Shown in pieces: positions 28,501 through 41,302 of a stretch of 64,000 bases of DNA; position 1 is the first letter of the stretch, and each line of letters starts with the position of its first letter. The DNA comes from Antedon mediterranea (Eukaryota > Animalia > Echinodermata), in the NCBI RefSeq assembly GCF_964355755.1, contig NC_092674.1:21762001-21826000 (forward strand). Reading direction: 5' to 3'. The notes under the pieces are model-generated. The model was not told where the DNA came from. It saw only the letters and a list, made by a program, of their open reading frames with translations, and ran no database searches. Position numbers and translations under genes: made by a program.

Positions 28501-31500
28501 TGGACGAAGCTCATGAACGCACAGTGCACACCGATGTCTTGCTTGGTATAGTGAAAGGAGCCCAGGAACATAGAACCCATAGTATTCTACCTCCACTTAA
28601 GGTGAAGAGAAAGTAAAGTACTTTCAGTTAAAATCCCAAACTGACACATTCTCGGGAGAAACTTTTAAAGTCTTATTTTATTGTTTTTTCCTTAAATGTA
28701 TTATAATTTATCAATCAAAAGGCAAATTACTGACAAAATGACAATGCTTGATATCAGTGGCTCATTGGAAATACTAATAAAGTGAATAGCAAAACAATAA
28801 TACAAAATTGTAGATAACACTCTTCCTTCCTAGTAAGTAATATAATATAATGCATTACAACTGTGAGGAAATTGTTTTAATTGCTAACATTTTTTTATAT
28901 GATTTATATTATAATGATTTAACGAAGTAGGTTTTAAACTTTTAAAAGGTTAATGTGTACAAATTTAAATATCTGGTATTTGGAATGTATCTATTAACAA
29001 CTGAATAGTACTTGTTTCTGCAGTACAAATGTGTCGTTTATTTCAAAATTTACAATACAACAGTAAATAAATACTCATTTAAGGTTGACATTATTTCATG
29101 TAATTATAAACTATTAGGAAATATTATTACTGCCATGGTCAACTTTGCTGATAAAAATACTAATTGCATCGTCGACCATGCATGAATAAAACTTAAAATT
29201 ACATCCATGATTGACCGTGCAGGTTCATGAATGTGAATTAATTATTTTAATCATTTGTTTCATCAGGTAATTGTAATGTCTGCAACAATGGACGTGGATC
29301 ATTTTTCTCGTTATTTCAATCATGCTCCAGTTTTTTACATTCAGGGACGACAACATCCTATACAGGTGTGTGTTATGCAAATTATCTTGATATTCAATTG
29401 ACCCTAAAGTACTGCATAAATCTAAAAGGCTAGTTAAGAGTGAAAGAATGCAGTACCATTTTATTCCGCTTTTCTCTGGTTTAAATTACATCTTGCATAG
29501 GAAGTAAAAATATACTATTAATTAAATAATATTTGTTTTAAAGCCACTCAAAATGTTAATGTCAAGAAAAACAAGAAAGAACATTAAATGTATTATTAAA
29601 TTTAATTATTTTGTGACCACAAAATTGGTGACATAAAAGTTTTATTATTAAACATTTATTTTTACTTTGGCAGATCAGCACTCTGTTCCTTTTGTGTTGA
29701 TATTATTTCCTTGATGTAATTATTTATTTTACAGTTATTTTATGCAAATGAGAGCCAAAGTGATTACATACATGCAGCATTAGTAGCAATATTTCAAATT
29801 CATCAAAAAGAATCAGCAGAGTAAGTTGTGCATACAAAATGTACTAATCTGAATATTAATTCCTTTTCTTTCAAGCAGCTGACCCAACAGGGGAAGGTTG
29901 CTTTACCGCCCCTGTGTTTTCCCTCCAAGTCCCCTAGACAACATGTAATTGTTATGCAGTAATTTCCTCTCACCTTTAGAAACCTATATTCCTTTTTTAA
30001 TTAACCCTATAATATTTACAGCTCCATATGTTATATACAGTAGCAAATGGTAATATGGATCCTATTAATGTTTTTTTCTAGATGCTACATGTTTTTTAAT
30101 ATTTGATTACTATATAATGCACATTAATTGTAAAGTTTTTATATCTGTAAAATGTTCATTTCCCTGTATGATTTCTTTGATTGAATAAATATACCTTGAA
30201 TAATTTAATTTTTCTAGGGAAGACATACTTGTGTTCCTAACAGGACAAGAGGAGATAGAGTCATTGTTAAAAGCAGTCAAAGATGTTGCACAAGATTGTC
30301 CTGATGGTAAGTACAGATCCACTTGGCACAATTCCCAAATTCTTTACAACTATATAAAGACTCGGGACCTTTACATGATGGTTTGAAATGAGATTAAAGC
30401 TGTGTCTACACTATCAAAACTAGTTTGACAAAAAAGTGTAATGTGTCCAAATATGGTAATGATATACCCAAATGTGGTAGTGATATGACATCATTATGTC
30501 CATATATAGGAAAATCACATTTTTTTGTCACTTAACGTTTGATAGTGTAGACAAGGTTTAGTGACTTCACACTAAAATACAGATCTTTTCCTAGAATAGT
30601 GTTGTACTCCCTTTTAAACTGATGACATACTTGATATGTAATTAAGTAAATCAGTCAATCAAATACATTTTGAATCCATAAAACTTACAAATAAGGTACA
30701 AGGTACAGAACATCACCAAAATAAGCAAAGCTTTCATAAGCTTAAAAATAAAATAATAAGGAGTAAAAAAAACAAGAATAAAGAAAATTCAATAAAACAA
30801 AAATGAAATACTTTAATTTGATAATAGTGAAATATGTTTGAAATTTTAAAAAATAGGTCAATTGTTATTAGCATGATGACATAATGTGATTTACTGCTTG
30901 TTGCGGACCTTATTATTTGAATTTCCATCAGAAACAATAAAAACAACAAAATGATGAGTATGGTACAGGGAAACTCTCATTAGGCTGAATAAAATGTTCA
31001 TACACAATGTGTAAAGTAATAGTTTTACTTTTTAAAACTATTTTTAGACTGTCCAGGTGTTCAGGTATTACCATTGTATGCATCACTGCCTCCATCAATG
31101 CAACTAAAAATATTCAATCCAGCTCCAAGAGTAAGTTTTTACAAATATATTTTTGCCTTATAGATGAATTCAATAAAAATTTCTGTAGCCATTTCATTAT
31201 AATTTTCTCCACTAAATTTTTTATATATTTAATTTTTATATTCATTCATAGATTTGTTATTTAATAAAAAATATGCTAAGTGTTTAGATAAACTTGTATC
31301 ATCATATCCTTACTTTTCAATCATAGGGAAGGAGAAAAATTATTTTATCAACAAATATAGCAGAAACATCCGTTACGATACCTGGGATCAAACATGTTAT
31401 CGATACAGGTCGTGTCAAAGCAAAGTAAGTTCCCTGTGTCTGGTCAGAGCCATAAGATTCTGTTTTTAAGTCACATGGTACACACCAGCCATCTTTGTGT

Positions 31501-34500
31501 TTAATTATTACTATGTAGAATATGGAGTTGAATCCTTTGTTATAAAATATATACCGTGCAAGGCCATTTATCACATTTTTGTTAGAATAATTATGGACCT
31601 GGGTCCATGGAATAATAATGAAAAGGTATTAAGTTACTAAAAATGGTCACATTGTAAAATAATTCCTTAAATACAGAGAATCGCTCCATGCACAAACATG
31701 CGTGCATAAAGCCTTCATAGAGAGCGCAACTTGTTGTAACTCTTCATACATTGCTCTGTGTCTGTTTACCGTATACTACCCTCTATTGTAACCAATTGTT
31801 TATATAAAGAATGATCTATAATGTCCACATTGATTTGATAGGAGTTTTAAAGCAGGAAGTGGTTTAGATATTCTCAAGGTGCAGCGTATATCACAAGCAC
31901 AAGCGTGGCAACGAATGGGTAGAGCTGGTAGAGAAAGAAGGCAAGTTCCTCAAATATTTCCAATGTTTTAGTAAATTTCAAAACTCATCTATACCAGTTT
32001 TATTAATCTAATAATATAACGATGCTGTTTAGTACCCATTATATCTTCATGTGTATTCATATACATTTCTAATATGGGCTCCAGCATAATAAAGTCATTA
32101 CAGATGCTAATATAAAACCAAAGATTTTATATAGCCGAAGGCTAGATTGCAAAGAATATATGTTATAGCAGTTCAAAAGTGATTCTCCATGGAAAAGGAA
32201 CCAACAAGATGGCGGCTGCAATCAACCAATCAGATATGCCCTACGCAGTACGCACTACTACACCTGTGTTAAGCCTATCTGCGTGAGAATGATACGCAAC
32301 GCAGCGCATTAAGTGTATAAACGCGGACGCATTCTATATGATCCTCGTATACAAAAAATGCTAGATTACCAAGAAATTATTCATTCTATTGCGGTTAACA
32401 ACAATAATTATATTTCATTTTGATAAGAACTTCACTGTGCTTTGACAAGAATATGTGTTGTAATTTATGTGGTCTTAATGTATTATATTAGATTACTATT
32501 TTTTATATTAAATAATATTTTTGAACACATTTACGGCCGCCATCCTGTTGGTTCCCCTCCTGTTGGAATCACTTTTCAGTCTTGAGTACACCCTCTATAT
32601 ATGTTCTTATTACATATCTCTGTATTAAATATATCATCCATAATTTGTATTTGTCAACAGTGGTGTATGTTGGCGTTTGTACACTGAAGAGGAATATGAA
32701 AACTTAAAACCAAACACTGTGCCAGAGATACAAAGGTTAACATTTGTTACATTGTTTACAATTAATCAACCACTTCTATCACTGCATTACCATCTCAATT
32801 AAAGCCTAGCACCATCACTAATTTTTTATTTTCTCTCCAATATTGTTTCAGGTCTAATTTAAGTAGTGTAGTTCTTCATCTTTTAACATTAAATATACGA
32901 GATGTGCTGCATTTTGACTTCTTAGATCCACCATCACAAGAGGTATTGTAGTAGAATATATCTTTCTTTCCAAATATTGAGAGTTAGGTGGCTAAAAAAT
33001 TTGGGGATGTGGGGGTAGATACGTTGAGGAATGCTACAATGTGGCTTGTGCTTTGATACAAAAGAATGTGTCATAAAGTATAAGTATTATAGAAAATGTG
33101 TATAACAAACAAACATACAAACTATATTGATACATTGAATCCTATCAATGTTAATACATGAAATGTACCTTTCAATGAAATAGAATTCTGTTTTATTATT
33201 ATTGACTGATAAAAACCCTTTGACTTGCAATTATATTCATGTTCTTTATTCAACCGTTTAACCTAAGTGATTGTTTTTTTCCTTCTTTCCTCTTTAGAAT
33301 TTAATTGATGCTTTAAATCAGTTGGAATTATTAGGAGCCATATATCAGAGAAACAATAATGAGGTAACAAAAATTATCACACACCTTGTATTTTTGTAAT
33401 TTTATTTGTTACGCATCATGTGTCATTCGACATTAGTGCTACCTAATGGAAAAATGATATACAGTATATTATGGTGATTTACTACGCTCTAATGCACTTT
33501 CAGCTTTTTTGTAAATATTTGAGAATTTTTGCTATACGTACAAGGTTGTTGAATGATCCACATTTCAAAGTTGGTGCTCTGTTTTTCAACTCATAAAATA
33601 TTCTCACCATTCAACTCATAACATTCTTTAATTGTAATACTAATATATACACACTTCATTACTGAGATATTCATTTCCACACAATTATGTTTTTGTAATC
33701 ATATTTTAAGATGTAGAATAATAATAATTATATACATAACAGTTGCCCTCAAATTAATAGTCTTTATTGTTTTTTAAATCTAGTTAACATCAGTAGGTAA
33801 GCAGATGTCTGTGTTCCCATTGGAACCCAGACTTGCAAAGATTCTTATTTCTTCAAGGCAGTACAGTTGCTTGTAAGTATGTTTAGTTATTTTTTATTAT
33901 TTAAATTAAGTCTTTAGTCACCATGGCCAAGGATTACCAACAGTAAATTAATCACTGTCCTATCAATTAGTTGGGCTTTTTTCTTTTGTGAACCAGTTCA
34001 CCAGGGTAAATCCCCTACTCGTCTAGAACGATGAACTGCGTTTTTTGCACACACTTTTAAATCATGTTTACTGGACCTATGGTTTATAGTCCTTATATGA
34101 GAAGACTTGTTCCACCACCGAAACTAGGAGCGAGTCAGCCCCTGCCTTAACCACTTGACCATTTGACCCATTTTATTTAAAAGTTCTTATTCAAATTTTA
34201 AAAGTATAAAGTAACAAATACTTACAGCTTAAAGAAAGTATGAAGAACAGGAATATGAATGTTAAATGTTTTTATATTAGGCCTATTACAGTATTCAGTG
34301 TCTGCCTGTTATTTATACATAGGCCATATTTATTTCGTTTTTATACTGATGCTGATATAGATCCGTCACTGACATATTGTGGAAATGGGCTCTGCACTGA
34401 TATTTGATTAGGTTACTTACAATATGCAAGTTAATTTAAACTTTAAAATATGTATTTTATTTTATAGAGAAGAGGTATTAACTATTGTTTCAATGCTGTC

Positions 34501-37359
34501 TGTTGAATCCATTTTGGTGACACCCAACAACAAGGTAACCAATTAACGTTTCAATGAATGATTTAATGTATTAGTAATTATACTGTGGAGAGTGGTTTTA
34601 TATTGGAAGATAAACATAGAATACTCATTTTCACTAAGAAGACAAATTAAAATAAGAATCTAAAAGCAATTTTAAGTGCTTGCCTATTATATATTTCATC
34701 GACAGAGGGAAGAGGCACATGCAGCAAGAAAGAAATTTCTATCAAGTGAAGGTGATCACATGACCTACTTAAACATTTTTAGAGCATATAGAGGGGTTCA
34801 TGGAAACAAGGTATACCGTAAAGACATTTATTTTTTAATTCTGTAAATTTTGCTTAATTCTTATTGCTATGTAAAAAGAATAGATCAAAATTCTGTCAAA
34901 TTTGTAAATGTAGAATGTATAGTAGACATAAAGTGGTGCATGGTTTAAAAAAAGGGTACAATCTCCACAGGGTTGTCAAAGACCTACAGTATCTGTCAAT
35001 AAGTGGTCAGGTTGAAACCTTACTAACCGTACTGGTGGCTACGGCCCAAACTACTTCTGGCCTTCTGTATTTATTACATGCTACAGAAGCAGGCATACCT
35101 GTATAATCACTATTGCACAGACATGCAATTCCATTGAACTGAATTGTAAAGAGTATTTGAACATACAGTTATACAGAATATTGCAGCAGTTTGTGTTTAT
35201 TATTATTATTATTATACAGTACATTTATTTGAATATTTCCATTAGGATTGGTGCCATGAAAACTTTGTCAACAGTCGTAGCATGAAGCAGGTTGAAGACA
35301 TACGTAAACAGTTAAGAGATCTGTGTGTTCGGGAGAATATACCACGTAGTACTTGCGGAAAGGACACTACGTCTATTAGGTTTGTTGCAAGAATTTTTTC
35401 TCTGGAAATAAAATTTGCTCAATGCAGATGTTCACTGTCATCTCACAATTTATTAAACTTCTTTTACATAGCCATACATTCATTTGGAAAGTGTGGACGA
35501 AGTACTTAGTGATTGATGAAGTAGTTAGTCCACACATCCAAAATGACATACTGTATGGCATGGTTGTGGTGACTCTATTGCTCTTCTAGCATATGACAGT
35601 GGGCAACAATATTTCTTACTACATGAGTGCGTAATTAATATAGAAGTTTAGATCAGGCTTTCATTTACAATTTTTGTTAAAATATTTTTACTTTAGGAAA
35701 TGTTTAACAGTGGGTTTATTTATGAATTCTGCTGAGCTTCAGAGAGATGGAACTTACAAAACGGTAACAATATATTTATTTTATCACTGGTATTTTTAAT
35801 CATCAGAAACAATTAATACAGTATAGAATATAAATGAAAATTTTGTGCACCTAGATGTTTTGTTCAGATATCATTCTAGTCATCAGATACGAGGTCAATA
35901 GCCTAAATGTATTATTCCAGGTGAGGCTTAACAGTCATAGATTTATACATCAGGTAATCTCAATCAGAATTTCTTCTTACTAAAAATTATATGAAAATAG
36001 ATATTTATTAAAACATTTTATTATTTAAAAATAATAACACTAGTTAAGTTCGGTTTTAAGTACACTATGTGTTTTCAAAATGAAATAAATTATGGTTGAG
36101 AATTTCTTGATGTTTCGGTTGTTATACTATAACTGTCTTCTGGAAAATGCTAGGCTAGTAGAGATGTTGCAAATTTAAAGGAGTACAGTCTAAAGATCTG
36201 TCTACTCTATCAAACTAGTTTAACAAAACATTTTTTTTTCACATAAAGTGAGGTCATAAACCAAGAAAATAGACTGGCAGATGTGAAACAACCCAAACTA
36301 GGCGTGTTAGTTCACAATAGGACAAAGCAAGTATTGTGACTGTTATATTCCTTTCACTGTATCTTTATTCTTTTCAGCTTGATAATAACAGGCAGACAGT
36401 TAGCATACACCCTTCATCATGCTTATTTCAATGCAAACCAGCCTACGTCCTCTATCAGGAGTTGGTACATACATCCAAGTGTTATATGCGGTAAGAAATA
36501 TTGTGTGTTCTCTCTAACAATTTCAATATGGTAGGCTTGGGTTTTCTGAATATATTTGTAATTAAAATGCTTCATAGGGTCTAGTGATTTCAAGATTATT
36601 GCACTCAAATTGCATTCAAGGTAATAATGATGACTGAATGACGTTTCATACTTCCAACCATATTTGGTGTGGTCCAATCAATAATCATCTCCATTTCAAC
36701 ATTTTGGACATGTCACTTGCGCACAGCATGCTATCGTTATTTTTAATAGGACGGTAATAATTTTGAATGTAGTCTTAGGCTATGGGTCTGTTTCTGCTGC
36801 ATAGCACTGAATAAACCATTTTCAAAATAGATTGAAAATATAATTGTTATATTAATTGCCTTTTTGTGCTCCAAAATAACCGTTTAAATCAGAGGGTGGT
36901 GGTTGTCGTCAGAAATTGTTAGCATTACCCAAAATGCAATGGCTCTGTCAGTCAATTCAAACTGCATTGTAATTGACTCAAGGGGAGTGGCTGTCAATCA
37001 AATAACTATTATTTTGTGTTGCAGCTATAAGTTGCTCAGCAATAATTAGTTAACTGGTGTTCTAACACCGATTTGATCGGGTGTTTTTTACCATTATTTT
37101 CAGGCTGCCATTCAATCAATTACTAAAAATTTGTCCCGTTTCATCTGTCAAGAAATTGGGGTTAATTTAATAACATTTGTCCCAAATTATCATCACTTTT
37201 CTAATAATTAATGTTGCAGTGATGCATTTGAAAATCGATATTTTTCAATTCAAATCAATTTTTCTTTTTTATATCTATAGTAACCTTTGTGTAGTAGATC
37301 CTGACTGGTTGAATGATGTTGCTCCAAGTTACTTTAGAAACAGATGTGTTAGTCGATGA
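25561..37359 (+). CDS. DHX33: DEAH-box RNA helicase DHX33, 22 coding exons, 664 aa
   Basis: Exons 25561-25764, 26185-26235, 26530-26601, 27571-27624, 27947-28002, 28484-28601, 29267-29365, 29735-29820, 30218-30306, 31048-31130, 31327-31424, 31842-31940, 32661-32735, 32852-32942, 33298-33363, 33784-33872, 34468-34534, 34706-34810, 35246-35379, 35697-35763, 36378-36490, 37281-37359; 1995 nt in frame. Motifs [48 protein letters not shown] and QRMGRAGR, plus HA2/OB regions ([24 protein letters not shown]). HTDVL, AQAWQR and SSEGDH point to DHX33. AATAAA at 37593-37598. Confidence 0.93.
26612..27102. mobile_element. PIF/Harbinger-like MITE with ~50-bp TIRs
   Basis: AGGGAGGTTTCGCAACCTTACGAATACGATAACAAAAACGGATACGTCA / TGACGTATCCGTTTTCGTTATCGTATTCGTAAGATTGCGAAACCTCTCT. 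Confidence 0.8.
28070..28400. repeat. TGACCTTTGACC-type repeat fragment (Helitron/HINE-associated)
   Basis: Two degenerate units CCAAGT..CA..(T)ATCAGAGCAATT...TGA(C/T)CTTTGAC. The family assignment is inferred. Confidence 0.45.
30395..30560. mobile_element. Short MITE (TGTCTACACTATCAAA family); half copy at ~36190-36250
   Basis: TAAAGCTGTGTCTACACTATCAAA / TTTGATAGTGTAGACAAGGTTTA. Confidence 0.7.
32175..32577. mobile_element. MITE inside the DHX33 GC-AG intron
   Basis: AAAAGTGATTC...GGAACCAACAAGATGGCGGC is mirrored by GCCGCCATCCTGTTGGTTCC...GAATCACTTTT. Confidence 0.6.
33925..34162 (-). mobile_element. Degenerate tRNA-derived SINE with a Deu/Nin-like central domain
   Basis: The minus strand begins ATGGTCAAGTGGTTAAGGC (A-box-like), then ...TAAGGACTATAAACCATAGGTCC...GAGTAGGGGATTTACCCTGGTG, resembling conserved SINE core domains recalled from memory. 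Confidence 0.55.
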
Positions 37360-37654
37360 AGTAATTAGATGTTGGAGAAGTAGACAAAAGCAGGCAAGAA
37401 GTATCATCATAAGAGTTGCGGGACAACAGCATGATGATACAAAAAACACTTGATGCATTTGCTCTAAAATAACAGACTCTAGGTTGAGAAACAGGTGTGT
37501 TTTGGAAATGTAGTTGGAGTAATATACAAAAGTAAACATTCAGCATGAGATAACTTGATTCTCATGAGACAGCAGAAAGTTGTTAATTGAATAATAAAGG
37601 TATATTGAGAAAACCGCTTTAGCACTTTAGCATACTCAGACGAAAAAGCACATT

Positions 37655-38213
37655 CAAATTCAAAAATTCAAAAATCTTTTATTGTCCAATTACATACAAA
37701 ATACATACATGCCATTGGAAATGTGTCGTTTGATACACTACATACAAAACAATTAAAAAATAAAGAGTTATACGGTACATCATTCACAAAACATGTTACA
37801 ACACAAGAAATAAAAAATTTAAATATAGAAAAGGCACACGTAACTTAAACTAAATCTTAATACATGGTGTAGTGGAAAGACTAGTCGAATAGCAGATTAT
37901 TGCAAATTATTGAAGTAAGTATGTACAATATTAAAATATCATAAAAAAATACTCTCTTTAAAAAAGTAAAATATCGCAAAATCAGTCCATTCATAATTGT
38001 ATATTTATCTATTGCACTGCTTATTAAAAGTTTTAATTGAACTTGGAACAAACGATTTACTATATCTCGTGGTTCGTGAGAGAATACTCCGTAAACGACA
38101 CCCTGACCTTAAAAAGTTATACTCGGCATATAATGGGTGGTTTGTATTTGCCAGTATTCGTTTTACAAGTGATAACACTGACCCATCAAATCTTATATTA
38201 AGATCTGTTTCAG
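37655..38213 (-). mobile_element. 3' part of a Rex1/Babar-like LINE (continuation of 44959-47060)
   Basis: Minus strand reads ETDLNIRFDGSVLSLVKRILANTNHPLYAEYNFLRSGCRLRSILSRTTRYSKSFVPSSIKTFNKQCNR*, then a 3' UTR, AATAAA and a (TTTGAAT)n tail at ~37655-37680. Confidence 0.85.
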
Positions 38214-38819
38214 TAGTACAGGAAAACTATGAAATATGGTTGAAAAAATTGCAACAGAATTTATTTCACCACAATGCATTTCTATAAGGTCCCTATATGA
38301 ATATACTAAAAGTCTAGAAAAATCCAGGTAGGGGAAATAGGTTTTTTTAAACAAAATGGCCGCCAATGGCGAAAATTCCTAAAAAAGGACAAAAAAACAT
38401 AAATGATAGATCTAATTACCACTTTATAACAGTTTTTACAATGGTTTATATATTTCTTTACAATTTCGAAGATCTGACCTACAATAAACACATTACTTTA
38501 AGTGCTGTTAATTAGAAAATGGCCGAAAAACAAATGTTTAAGTATCTAGATATATCCCTATTGTTATAATAATATATAAAACGCAGTCCTTCCTATGCTT
38601 AATACATAGGATTACGGTGTCTATTAATAAATCAGTTCATTTACATTTGTACTGTTATAACAATATATTACAACATTGGTGGTGCCAGTGAGGAGGGGTA
38701 TAGGGATGGGAGATCAAATGGGAAGGGTGAGGGAGTCTGTCCGTCCCCCCATCCCCTCTCCACAATTGGCTATTTTTTATGTATATAGACAATAATATGA
38801 TGATATTTCCTAATATAAA

Positions 38820-40922
38820 ACAATACCCCATTGAGTGCTGTTTCAAGGATTTTCATTTTTAAAAGTGAGTAAAACTACCCTTTACCGGTATAATATTATC
38901 GGAACCTCTGGGTGCGCTCCCATTGATGGCCCAGCCAATTTATGCTGGCTGCGCTATCCACCCCTCTCCCCCACCCCCCCCCCCCTCATCGGGAAAATCC
39001 TTGCGCCACAATCTATTACCGTATTTATTCGGATAAACGCTACATTTAGAAAAATCAAATAAATGCCCCGCTCCCCCTCCATAGGACATCATTTTGAATA
39101 ACCTACGCCACCGCACCCCCTCCCCCGCTCCCATCGGACATCATTTTGAATTTATTTCCTCGAATGTACGCCCCGCCACATGCATATTATACACAATATT
39201 GTATTTTAACACATCTCTATTTGTAATAGAATTCACTGAATGGTGTTGTATTTGTTCATATCTAAAGGGTGTATTTATTTGATTATACACGTTTCCCACA
39301 TTACACCCACAAAAATATACGCCTCTCCGAATAAACTCCTCACGACGATTACACGCCCCCACTACCCTCCTTAAAAATCAACCACCAAGGGCATTTATTC
39401 AAATAAATGCGGTAATTTCACTTTCATCTTGTCAGTATCTCATCCTCCATCTATTGGTGGGGAATTGAGCATGTGCTGATGCCGTGGCATTCTTAAAAAA
39501 TAGTGGAACAGCAGTCCAAACCATATTTTCTGCAACGGCAATTCATTTTACTACAACCTTATTTATAGGTACATCTAATCAACTTTAATAGTTTCTCTGG
39601 TGCTGGTAGTCAATTTGTCATCAATACTTTCCATCCCTAGTCTGTGGGTTGAAGAGTATCTCCTATCCACTGCTATACCTGGTAATAAAGATTCACGAAA
39701 TGAAATTTTGCAGCAAGGGAATAGATTTGCTTTTTGCAACTTTCTCAAAGAAAAGAGGCTGTCTAAAGTCTCCATTGACTTCCCTCCGTAATATATAGGT
39801 ACCAATGCCAAATTCCTGATGCAATGTTTTCTTCTTTTTTTTAAACTGTTGGTTTACAGAATTTGACATACAATACCCCATTGAGTGCTGTTTCAAGGAT
39901 TTTCATTTTTAAAAGTGAGTAAAACTACCCTTTACCGGTATAATATTATCGGAACCTCTGGGTGCGCTCCCATTGATGGCCCAGCCAATTTATGCTGGCT
40001 GCGCTATCCACCCCTCTCCCCCACCCCCCCCCCCTCATCGGGAAAATCCTTGCGCCACAATCTATTACCGTATTTATTCGGATAAACGCTACATTTAGAA
40101 AAATCAAATAAATGCCCCGCTCCCCCTCCATAGGACATCATTTTGAATAACCTACGCCACCGCACCCCCTCCCCCGCTCCCATCGGACATCATTTTGAAT
40201 TTATTTCCTCGAATGTACGCCCCGCCACATGCATATTATACACAATATTGTATTTTAACACATCTCTATTTGTAATAGAATTCACTGAATGGTGTTGTAT
40301 TTGTTCATATCTAAAGGGTGTATTTATTTGATTATACACGTTTCCCACATTACACCCACAAAAATATACGCCTCTCCGAATAAACTCCTCACGACGATTA
40401 CACGCCCCCACTACCCTCCTTAAAAATCAACCACCAAGGGCATTTATTCAAATAAATGCGGTAATTTCACTTTCATCTTGTCAGTATCTCATCCTCCATC
40501 TATTGGTGGGGAATTGAGCATGTGCTGATGCCGTGGCATTCTTAAAAAATAGTGGAACAGCAGTCCAAACCATATTTTCTGCAACGGCAATTCATTTTAC
40601 TACAACCTTATTTATAGGTACATCTAATCAACTTTAATAGTTTCTCTGGTGCTGGTAGTCAATTTGTCATCAATACTTTCCATCCCTAGTCTGTGGGTTG
40701 AAGAGTATCTCCTATCCACTGCTATACCTGGTAATAAAGATTCACGAAATGAAATTTTGCAGCAAGGGAATAGATTTGCTTTTTGCAACTTTCTCAAAGA
40801 AAAGAGGCTGTCTAAAGTCTCCATTGACTTCCCTCCGTAATATATAGGTACCAATGCCAAATTCCTGATGCAATGTTTTCTTCTTTTTTTTAAACTGTTG
40901 GTTTACAGAATTTGACATACAA
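38820..40922. repeat. Near-perfect ~1.05-kb tandem duplication
   Basis: 38821 onward and 39871 onward appear identical except for one C in a poly-C run, and the ORF track repeats at +1049/1050. ACAA microhomology at the junctions. Confidence 0.92.
39019..39412. mobile_element. Tc1/pogo-like MITE nested in the left Academ arm (duplicated at ~40068-40461)
   Basis: TA|CCGTATTTATTCGGATAAACGC ... GCATTTATTCAAATAAATGCGG|TA. Confidence 0.7.
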
Positions 40923-41302
40923 CTCCTACTGTGATGTGATGATTTTTAAGGCCAACACCTTTTCCTAAACCAAATTTACTTACGGCCCATAATTATAGCC
41001 ATTAAACACAATAGTTTACTTTGCCTTCACATAGCGTAACAAACATAGGCCTACATGGTACATAATAAGTTTCTTGAAATGTTGCTGTTTCGGGCCAAAA
41101 GGTTTGATGTAGCAAACAGTGGGCAGTGAGATGAAGGTTTCTGAGTAGTCTAGCAGTGTGTATGGAGTCAATGGAGTAAAAGAGGGCTGCAGGAAAAGTA
41201 TAGGATTCTTTTTCACCAAATGATGCATTGTGTATGACTGTCTCACATGATGATGAAATAGTATATGTGAGGGAATGTGCACTGATTCTTTATTGATGAA
41301 TA

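Noticed and set aside
29261-29272. CAG|GTAATT as a recursive splice site at DHX33 exon 7
   Set aside because: GTA ATT simply encodes the conserved VI before MSAT, and the intron is short.
38212-38225. AGTAGT start suggesting a Polinton/Maverick terminus
   Set aside because: The other end reads TGTAGT and there is no 6-bp TSD. A TAG terminus with a CAG TSD and Academ-like coding relics fits better.
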